Shown here one piece after another: positions 9,560-18,195 of a stretch of DNA of 40,564 nucleotides. Every line of letters begins with the position of its first letter. The stretch's first letter is position 1. Both the position numbers and the translations under genes were made by a program. The DNA lies in contig JARQWU010000067.1 in NCBI GenBank assembly GCA_040182905.1, forward strand, positions 1 through 40,564, in the 5' to 3' direction. The DNA is from Barthelona sp. PAP020 (taxonomy: Eukaryota). Under the pieces are notes generated by a model that had not been told where the DNA came from, searched no databases, and saw only the letters and a list, made by a program, of their open reading frames with translations.

Positions 9560-12451
9560 ATGTATGATGATTTAACAATATTATTATGTGAATTATCGAT
9601 AATTATATCACAAAATGTGTATAAAAATTTTAAAAATGTTAAAATATGCATATTTTTGAGTATAATAAAAATTATTCTGATTAAATGGGTAAAAATTGTT
9701 AAAAAGTATAAAATTATAATTAATGATAGTATTTTTATGTGTGTATATTATCCTATTCAATTCTTAAGCATAAGAAATGATTATGATACAATAATTTTAT
9801 TATTTTCAATATTTATTTATGTTTTTTTTCGAAACATAACCAGTTTAATTGAAGATGATATTCCAAAATCCTCTAATTATCAATTTTTGGGGATTTTGCT
9901 GCTTTTTTATTTTTATAGTTGTATTTTTTTGGTTAAAACTGTATTTTATGATTTTATTCTATTGTTTATTTGGTTAATATTGATGATTTTTGTGGTTGAA
10001 AGCGTACATTGGAATGATTACTTGATCAATCAAAAGTTCGATCAATTGAATCAACTGTTGACTCGTTTTGAGGAGCACTTTTTATTAAGAGCCATTAAAA
10101 AGCTTTTTGATAAACTAAATTTGCCAACAGCTTTGACAAGCTCTTTCGATGTTAATTTTTCCTTAGGTGATAAATCATCTTATATATGGGATGAAGCATC
10201 ATCAAATTGCACTCAAATGAGAGAAAATTTATTGTTTCAGTATTATAATACCCCTATTTTACACGTTTTTTTTGATGGGAATATTGAAGGTTTTTGTGAA
10301 GAATCATACATCTACTATTATGACTCACTCTATAAATATAATTATGTAGCTTCTATTTTAAAGGGCAACTACATTATAATAGCACCATCACCTCAAAATC
10401 ATCCACGATGTTTCCAATTAAATATGAGGCAAGATAAAACAATTGAAGGGAAGATTAATGAAAGCCAAAGACAAAAATTGTATGATGAAAAGGAAATTGC
10501 TATTGAATTGTTAAAAATGGTGAATTATGCAGAGCACTTTGTTAGAATGTATTATGGGCAGTTTGTGAATTTTATTTCGATTGATGTGGGGGACTTTTCG
10601 TTATTGTATGCTCATAATTGTTCTTTTCCGATTTTTTTTGGTGAAATCATTGATTATGCGAATGGTTATTTTTATTTCAGTGCCTATGTTCAGTATAATG
10701 TATTATGTATGCGAAAAAGGTTATTTTCATTGCTAAAAAGATATTTTAATGAAGATTTTGAAGTGAAAAAGTTTTCTTTGTTGACTTTTAAAAAGAAAAT
10801 TGCTTTTCATGATTGTTATTATGTGACACTTGATCCTGTTGAAAAGACATTTCAACATTGTTATCTTGAGTATTTAGAAGGAAAAAAAGAATTGGTTTCA
10901 TTCTCTTTTTCAACTCAACCAACCATTAACATCAGTCCTAATGAAATTTCAGAATTGTATGAATTTTATAAACAAAATTTTTTTTTGTACGAATCTTCGA
11001 TATTTTTACAGAATGTCCTGATATTAATACTAGCAGTTTTAATCTATTTGAATGAAATCTATGTGGATAAAACTCCTCTAAATTGGTTGAGAACAGTTAT
11101 TTTTCTTTTATTCTCAATTAAATTTTTTCTTTGGCTATATTCCCATACTTCACCATATAAAATGAAACTTTTATTTAAAATTGATTATTCAATACAAAGA
11201 ATTCAATACACTTTACTGAATATTTCGTTGATTTTTTTCACTAAAAATAAGCTTGAATTTCATTCGATTATCGAATATAATTTGTTGATTCTGTATAATA
11301 TTGTTGAAATAATTGATCTATCTATGAATGGAAAATTTGAAATTTTAAAAATTTCAAAAAATTTTATATTCATTGATTTTTTTGTTAAAATTGTTTCAAA
11401 CATTCTTTTAAATTCACACATAAAATATCAAAGTGATTTTTATAAAATAAATTTAATTACTTTAATGATTTCGATCTTTTTACTTAAAAAATTTTATAAC
11501 TTTTGTTTAAATAAATATTCAAAAAGAAATTTAGAAATTTTAAAGATTTTAAAATTTTGTCAAAAAATTTTTATTTTTTTGCCTGCACCAAAAGATGTAA
11601 CAAAAAAGAAAGACAATTTATTAAATTCTCAACCAAAAATTACTTCGATCGCACGATTATTTAAAGAAAAAGTCTTATGTTTTGGTGTAGATCTTTTTTT
11701 GAATGTTAATAAACAAGAGCTTGATTCTTTTGAAGATTCTGTACAACGTTCAATGAAAACTCTTTTAAATTATCATGTTCAATTATTATTTGATGATTTC
11801 ATCAATTACATCATTAACATAAAATCGATTCGAAAGTTCAATGATATTCAATTATATGACATCCGTAATACTCGATTTATATTTATTTATGATGAAGCTG
11901 AAAAGAAAGATTCTATGTTGATTCCGAATGTTTTTGTAATATTGGAATTTATTGAGTTGATTTCGGCATATTTGCTGAAAAAGAATTTGATTGAAAAAAT
12001 AATAATCTTATTTGATATTGGTGACATGTTTGAAATTCAAAAAAAACGTGTTGAAGCTTCTTCAAGTCTTGCTGGCAATTATATTCATAATTTTCATTTG
12101 CAATTATTACATCTTGCAGATCAACAATCAGATTTTTTTTTTCCTAAATGCACAAGAGTTTTTATGTCTTCAAAACTTTACAAACTATATTCTAAGAAAT
12201 GTTCATTTTATAAACAATTGTTTGAACAAACATCTTCTAAAACTGAAAAAAAATTGTTTTTCAAAATTTTTTCTAATTCAAACATCCCTGATTACTTTTA
12301 TTATTTGCAAATTGATGATGAAAACTATATAGATAGTTTAGACTGTAAGATTGTTCCTATTTTCATCAAAAAGAATTCATTTGTTGTTCATCCTATTTCT
12401 TTTCAATGTGACGATCAATTCAAAGATTATTTGTATTATTTTCAACTATAA
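9560..12451 (+). CDS. Polytopic membrane protein with two degenerate class III nucleotide-cyclase-like domains
   Basis: 963-aa ORF with hydrophobic blocks at about 9740-10000 and 11000-11500, each followed by a soluble domain with cyclase-like motif order (see finding). The ORF is real; the family is inferred and the start is uncertain. Confidence 0.55.
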   Translation: MYDDLTILLCELSIIISQNVYKNFKNVKICIFLSIIKIILIKWVKIVKKYKIIINDSIFMCVYYPIQFLSIRNDYDTIILLFSIFIYVFFRNITSLIEDDIPKSSNYQFLGILLLFYFYSCIFLVKTVFYDFILLFIWLILMIFVVESVHWNDYLINQKFDQLNQLLTRFEEHFLLRAIKKLFDKLNLPTALTSSFDVNFSLGDKSSYIWDEASSNCTQMRENLLFQYYNTPILHVFFDGNIEGFCEESYIYYYDSLYKYNYVASILKGNYIIIAPSPQNHPRCFQLNMRQDKTIEGKINESQRQKLYDEKEIAIELLKMVNYAEHFVRMYYGQFVNFISIDVGDFSLLYAHNCSFPIFFGEIIDYANGYFYFSAYVQYNVLCMRKRLFSLLKRYFNEDFEVKKFSLLTFKKKIAFHDCYYVTLDPVEKTFQHCYLEYLEGKKELVSFSFSTQPTINISPNEISELYEFYKQNFFLYESSIFLQNVLILILAVLIYLNEIYVDKTPLNWLRTVIFLLFSIKFFLWLYSHTSPYKMKLLFKIDYSIQRIQYTLLNISLIFFTKNKLEFHSIIEYNLLILYNIVEIIDLSMNGKFEILKISKNFIFIDFFVKIVSNILLNSHIKYQSDFYKINLITLMISIFLLKKFYNFCLNKYSKRNLEILKILKFCQKIFIFLPAPKDVTKKKDNLLNSQPKITSIARLFKEKVLCFGVDLFLNVNKQELDSFEDSVQRSMKTLLNYHVQLLFDDFINYIINIKSIRKFNDIQLYDIRNTRFIFIYDEAEKKDSMLIPNVFVILEFIELISAYLLKKNLIEKIIILFDIGDMFEIQKKRVEASSSLAGNYIHNFHLQLLHLADQQSDFFFPKCTRVFMSSKLYKLYSKKCSFYKQLFEQTSSKTEKKLFFKIFSNSNIPDYFYYLQIDDENYIDSLDCKIVPIFIKKNSFVVHPISFQCDDQFKDYLYYFQL

Positions 12452-12800
12452 GGATGTAAATAGTTGTAAATAGTCATTTAATGTTGATTTAAATGAAATA
12501 AACACTTTTTATAAAACCGTAAACTAATGGCTTTGAGAACCATTTTTCTTTTTTTTAAAAAAAGAACAAAACAAAGAGTTTATAAAGATGTGATTGCTGT
12601 TCCATTACAATTCATTTTATTAGTATTAATCAAAAGATTTAAAGAATTGAACTGCTTGTTGAACTTTTTGCACAACTTGTCAGCAAATTCAATTGAACAT
12701 TTTACCAGAAATAAGGATTTTTCAGCTGGTTAATTAACATGAGACATTCCATAGCCAATAGATTGAGTCTGTGAAAATGAACTTGTGCTTGCACAATGAC

Positions 12801-14919
12801 CTAATGATCCGCAAAACTGGAGAATTGATGTTCCGACCTTGAATTTCTCACATTATTTGGATAATCGTTACCACTACACAACAAACGAGTTTTATCATGG
12901 TTAAGGGCCACAGCATGAATATTAAAACTCACACCCACTTTTTGCAACACTTGACCTGTTTCTCTTTGAATCACAGCAAATTATCCTTCATAAGAACCAG
13001 AATAGATCAATAAACCATCTTGGGAAAATATGATTGAGTTTATCCAATTATTACCATGAACCTTATACTTTCCCACCAACTCTCTAGATTCAACATGAAA
13101 TATCCTGATTATACCATCTTCATCACCTGTCACCCAATAAGCACCATCTGGTGAGAAGTTGCCTGATATGACCCACTTTCCATCATGACTCCACGTGTGA
13201 AGCTCTTCATACGTCTCTGATGAAAACAACTTTGAACATCCATCCTCGCTGACAGAAGCAAAGTACTTCATATCGGGACTGATACGTACAGATCGAACAT
13301 ATTTTTTATGAGCTCGAGATTCATGCAACTTCTGTCCTTCAACCGTGTATATCGCAATGTAACCATTATCCATACCAAAAGAAAGCAATTTGCTATCTGG
13401 TGAGAACCATACACTTGATACATTCTTTGCCATGCCCCTAATCACTCTTACTATTCTCCAAGTATCAACTTCAATGATATGAATTGCTGGACCATAACCA
13501 CCAACAGCCAATAGCTTGGAGTCGGGACTGAAATTGAGACCAAGAGCCTTCAAATACTTCCCTCCATGCACAATTTCATGTGTTTCAGCGTTGTAGACTC
13601 TGATTAATTTACGAGTCAATCCTGCAACCGCAAAAAAGCGTCCATCAGGGCTGTAATCAAGAGCCTCAACCTGATTATCCGGAAATTCCTCACTAAACAC
13701 AGGCGTTTCTTCAAATATTTTGAATGCAGGAACAAATTGTTTTCTATCTTCATTGAATCGTTCTTCATCATTGTTGTTCACAAGGTTATTCAATTGGCTT
13801 GTCAAATAATCGACTTGATTTGTTAATTCTTGCTTTTCATTCATCCATTTCTCCTCTTTAGCTTTTAAATCACCGTTTTTATCAGTCAATTCTTGAATCT
13901 TTTCCACATATCCCTTTCTTTCTAAAAGCCACCTGTACTTTTCCTCTTCTAAACTCGCAACTCTCTTCACCAACCTCTTCTCGTCGAATCCCAACCCCTC
14001 GAAACGCTCGATCAGCATCTGCAAATACTCAGTGATCTCACTGAATGTTGGCCTGGAAGATGACTCAACATTCAAACACCTCTTGATGATTCCAAATCCA
14101 GGTATTGTATCCAACAATTCCTTGCTATACGGAAGTTGCCCTCTACTCAATTGAATTATGACTTTCAACTCACTCAACCCTTCAAAAGGAACAAAACCAG
14201 ACACTACTTGAGCCAACATAACACCAAAAGACCAGGCGTCAACAGCCGTCCCTATTATGTTCTCCTCTTCATTGGCTAACTCAGGAGCAGCATATCTTGT
14301 CACCCCCATCATCGAATTAGCAGAACTCCTGCTTGCATCACGAACAAGCCCAAAATCAGCGATTGCAGGCGTATACACTCCATCTACTCCATGTCTCAAC
14401 AACACATTGTTTGGCTTCAAATCCCTGTGCATAACACCTTTCCCATGACAAAACTCAAGTACAGATGAAACCTGCATCATTATGACCAATTTCTCTTTCA
14501 AAGACAACTCTGGTATCATTTCCTCCAGATTGGCATCACAATACTCCATCACAACAGCCATTTTGTTCTCAATCTCAGTAACTCCAAAGATTTGTCGAAT
14601 AAATGGGTGATTTAAAACCATGGGAAAGCATTCACTGTTAAGTTCATCATCAGTAATTTTTTTAATTTTATCGACAAATACTTTGATCACTACAATATTT
14701 CCATGTCTTTTGGCAAGATGTAGGACCCCAAATCCATCTATTTTGAAGTCTCTTTCTACTATTTCAAAGTCACTTCCGGGTATATTAACGTTATGAGATT
14801 TCAAAAAAAATATTCAATTTTTGAGAAGCATCTTCTTCTGATTCTTTAACCATTTTTCTGCGTTTTTTTGCACGTTGTTCCAGTTCGTGTGATCCTTGGT
14901 TTTCTTCAAAGGTGAACAT
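12801..14919 (-). pseudogene. Ser/Thr (TKL-like) kinase - coiled coil - WD40 gene, disrupted by a frameshift and a nonsense codon
   Basis: Kinase motifs VVIK, MEYC, HRDLKPNNVLL, DFG, YAAPE and DAWSFG. ATG 14919 is one base out of frame across an 8-T run (14803-14810). TAA 12981-12983 sits where the paralogue has TCA, and WD40 homology continues past it (FAVIQRETGQVLQ...ALNHDKTRLLC) to TAG at 12801. Confidence 0.75.
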
Positions 14920-14977
14920 AAGTGAATAAAAATGTGAAATGATGAAACATTTTTTCAACTGATTTTTTAGCTTTCTG
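12838..14977 (-). repeat. Duplicated segment, copy B (with kinase insert of about 13910-14780 absent from copy A)
   Basis: Co-linear nucleotide similarity to copy A on both sides of the kinase domain, in the same orientation. Boundaries are approximate. Confidence 0.88.
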
Positions 14978-15152
14978 CTTCATTTCAATTTATTTTATTG
15001 TTTAAAAAAGTGGAATTAAGAGATGAAATTTAACTAAAACATTAAGTGTGAAAATTTGACAAAGATTCTCGTCTCTGCTTTTGGTTTTTGGAAAATGCAA
15101 AATTTCAAAAATCAACATGTTGAAATAAAAAAATATACATAGTTTATTCATA

Positions 15153-16283
15153 TCAGTTTTTAATGTGTTCCATTATTTCTGAAATTGACAATTCTTTTTC
15201 AGATTCATCACTTGTGGAATTTTCAAAGGCTTGAAATGTTTGTGCAATATCATTCCAATCAAAATTTCTTTGACTCAACAAATTGTTAATTTTAGATTGA
15301 ACAGTTTGGTCCAAAATATCATCTATTTCAAAAGGAGACAAAATAGAAGCGTATGATTCAATCATTGATTCAATGGAATTCACACTTTTTGGGTGATATT
15401 TGTCATATTTTGTTGTGGTTCTTTTTGACCTTTCATAAAGTCTTGCCGAATGTATTTGTGCATGTTTTTGTCGACGATTGATTTTTCTGTCTGATATATT
15501 TATTTGTTTTTCTCTAATTGTCGAAACTTTCTTTGAATAAGGTCTTTCAGTCATCACTTCCTTTTCTTTTGTAGTCACGTCCATGGAATTTAATTCAGGA
15601 AACGGCAAATTACCGTTGAAAGAAGTTGAATTTTTTTTTCCCTTTTTTTTGCAAAGTCTATCTTTTTCATTTTCATCAAATAATTCTTGTTTTCTTTGTT
15701 CAATTTCATGGCACTTTATTCGAGGAATTATAATATCATTGTAAGAATCAAAGTAACAAATCTTCTTTCTTTTACATTTCTTTGGTGTTTTCTTTTGATC
15801 TTGCAATTCCTTAACATAAAAAATATTCGGTTTAAGCGAATTGATTGACAAACAGTTGTTTGAAGATAAAACTTTTCTTGACGTTGTATCAACACGTTTA
15901 GTCAACTGCGATAAATTAATATCTGTTGAATCCGAATTGAAAGAGTTTAGAGAAAAATCTCTTGATAAATTATTGGAGCCATCTGAAGAAATACGAGGAG
16001 AAGAAATTAAAAATGAATTATCATTCAAAAAACCATCTTGAATTTCATTTAAATCAACACTATGTAATTGTTTCGTCTTTATGGTGGGAATATTCGAAGG
16101 TACAATTTCTTCAAGAGGCCTCTTTTCTTTTATAAACGTTCTCTTATCATTGATGCCTTTTATTTTTTCCTGTTTCACTTTTATATATTTTATATGGTTG
16201 AAATTATTCTTTTGAAAACCAAAAGACCCATCAGATTTCAAAAATACATTTTCCATTCCACCATCAATTCCCAATTTTTTCAT
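15153..16283 (-). CDS. Hypothetical K/S/N-rich, largely disordered protein
   Basis: 376-codon ORF from the first ATG at 16283. No recognisable domain. Confidence 0.72.
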   Translation of the reverse strand: MKKLGIDGGMENVFLKSDGSFGFQKNNFNHIKYIKVKQEKIKGINDKRTFIKEKRPLEEIVPSNIPTIKTKQLHSVDLNEIQDGFLNDNSFLISSPRISSDGSNNLSRDFSLNSFNSDSTDINLSQLTKRVDTTSRKVLSSNNCLSINSLKPNIFYVKELQDQKKTPKKCKRKKICYFDSYNDIIIPRIKCHEIEQRKQELFDENEKDRLCKKKGKKNSTSFNGNLPFPELNSMDVTTKEKEVMTERPYSKKVSTIREKQINISDRKINRRQKHAQIHSARLYERSKRTTTKYDKYHPKSVNSIESMIESYASILSPFEIDDILDQTVQSKINNLLSQRNFDWNDIAQTFQAFENSTSDESEKELSISEIMEHIKN

Positions 16284-16362
16284 ATTCACCTTGTAATATA
16301 GATCATATATCCTTATATAAAGTCGTACATTGAAAAAAAAAAAAGTAAATTAAGAAATAGTT

Positions 16363-17805
16363 TTATTGAAATATTGGATGGAAAGATAAACTAGCATTTG
16401 GCAAATTAGAATTAATAAGTTGCGTATTAGCAATCGGGGGTTGACTTAATGTTACTTGTCGATGTTGGCGTTTTGGAATTTGGGTGCCTTTTTTTGACCA
16501 TGAAGGAAATTCAAACAAAGAGTCCACATGATTTATAGCCTTTTTTTGAAGGTCTTCAATTTCTTCAAATGTTAATTCATCAATAGGCTTTCTTCTTAAA
16601 AAGAAAAACATGATTGATTCTCCACAGATTCTCAGAAGTTCACAATCTTTTTTTGTTTTTCGATGAATAGCCCTGTGTCTTTGCAATAAAATTAAGATAC
16701 AACGAATAACATGAATAATTTCAGAATCTTCCAGTGTCAACATTTTGTGTTTTTTTAACAGATTTTCTGTAAGATCAATTGTTTGTTTTCTAACTGCAGC
16801 TTCTTTGTAATGTGTGGGTCCTCTACGTACAGGTGTTGCCAATAAATCTGCCAAAACCTCATGCATTAATTGAAAATCATGTTGTGAAAGTTCCATAGCT
16901 CGTTCGGGTATCAATTGCAAGAATTGTTGCAGAAAATAAAAGTGCATTACAATGGGCTTTGAAAGCGGAGGAAGATCAGCTAGCTCAGATGAATCAATTG
17001 GTTTCAAAAGGTTTGTTGCCAATTCCATATGAGTTTGCATGGCAAAAGCAGGTTGACAAATACTATGTGTTGCATTAACGGGAGGTGCCATGAAGAAAGG
17101 TACCGCAGGAGCAATAAACGGTTGAGATTGTATTTGTGGCTCAATTGATGGTTCAAATTTCATGTTTTGAGTTGGAGCAAGTTCGTTTTGATAATATACT
17201 ATTCGCGACCTGTCATCTAGAATCTGGTTTGGATATTTAATTTCAAATACTAAACCATCTTTATTTTCACTGTGATTGATATGTTCCTTAAGTGCTTGTA
17301 CAGTATCACAACTGAATTCAGAATGATAAGTGAACTTGGAAAAATATATTTGATGGTCTAAATTAATATAGGAACGACAAAAAGGGGAAATTTCGGGGCA
17401 AAATTCGGTTAATTGACATATATACTCAGTCGCAGAAAAGTATTCACAGTTACCAGGAGGGATTCCCTTCTGAACAAAAAAATAAACATTTCCAAATTTA
17501 ACATCACATCTATTACGATTCGCATGAATAACAAGTGCATGCTCTGAACAATGTGCTCCGCCCACATTTAATTCATAATATTCAGTTGTCAATTGAATTG
17601 ATACAAAACCCTCATCTGAAATTGTTATAACTGCAACTTCTGGGGGAATGTATTCTTTGCTTTCCAAAACAATATCTGCTCTTTGAGAACTTCCGATGGT
17701 AATAAATCTTCTTTTTAATGGAATATTGAGACTTTCATAAAATCCAGGTGCACCAATGTATGCAAAAGGCTCTTTTGGAATAAGAATGGAAAGATTTTGA
17801 GGCAT
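16363..17805 (-). CDS. Protein with degenerate N-terminal FHA-like domain, P/Q-rich linker and basic helical C-terminus
   Basis: FITIGSSQRADIVL..YIPPEVAVITI...VKFGNVYF follows the FHA strand pattern but lacks the GR/SRxH residues. Confidence 0.55.
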   Translation of the reverse strand: MPQNLSILIPKEPFAYIGAPGFYESLNIPLKRRFITIGSSQRADIVLESKEYIPPEVAVITISDEGFVSIQLTTEYYELNVGGAHCSEHALVIHANRNRCDVKFGNVYFFVQKGIPPGNCEYFSATEYICQLTEFCPEISPFCRSYINLDHQIYFSKFTYHSEFSCDTVQALKEHINHSENKDGLVFEIKYPNQILDDRSRIVYYQNELAPTQNMKFEPSIEPQIQSQPFIAPAVPFFMAPPVNATHSICQPAFAMQTHMELATNLLKPIDSSELADLPPLSKPIVMHFYFLQQFLQLIPERAMELSQHDFQLMHEVLADLLATPVRRGPTHYKEAAVRKQTIDLTENLLKKHKMLTLEDSEIIHVIRCILILLQRHRAIHRKTKKDCELLRICGESIMFFFLRRKPIDELTFEEIEDLQKKAINHVDSLFEFPSWSKKGTQIPKRQHRQVTLSQPPIANTQLINSNLPNASLSFHPIFQ

Positions 17806-18195
17806 ATTACTTTAATTTCTTCATACACACCAGAATAAAAAAAAATTATCAGAAAATCCTCAAAAAAAAAACATTTTATTCAGAAGCAATTAATAATGAA
17901 TAAACATTATAAACTAAAATTTTGAAAGGCTTAAAATTCGTTAGAGTAAAAAAGAGAGATCTTCCACATTTCATTTTTTGTTTTGCTTTTTTTTTGTTCT
18001 TTTTCAAGAGTCTTCCATTGGAATAAAATTAATACTTTTCAAGCATTTATTTTGAAAAATATCTTTTCTTTTTTCAAGTTTTTTTGGATAAAACTGTTGG
18101 CATGTGTTTTTTGGAGACAAAATATGTGGAAATTTTTAGTCCATTTAAATGTAAAAGGGTCTTGAAAACAAATATTTTTTTTTTCAAACAAATCG

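Noticed and set aside
12730..12983. Two in-frame TAA codons suggesting TAA reassignment (e.g. to Gln)
   Set aside because: TAA, TAG and TGA all end conserved genes at the expected positions, the 3972-aa dynein has no internal stop, and the TAA at 12981 aligns to TCA (Ser) in the paralogue.
14938..14963. ATGATGA...CTGA resembling C/D snoRNA boxes
   Set aside because: The boxes are too close together and lie in the duplicated upstream flank, where copy A lacks them.
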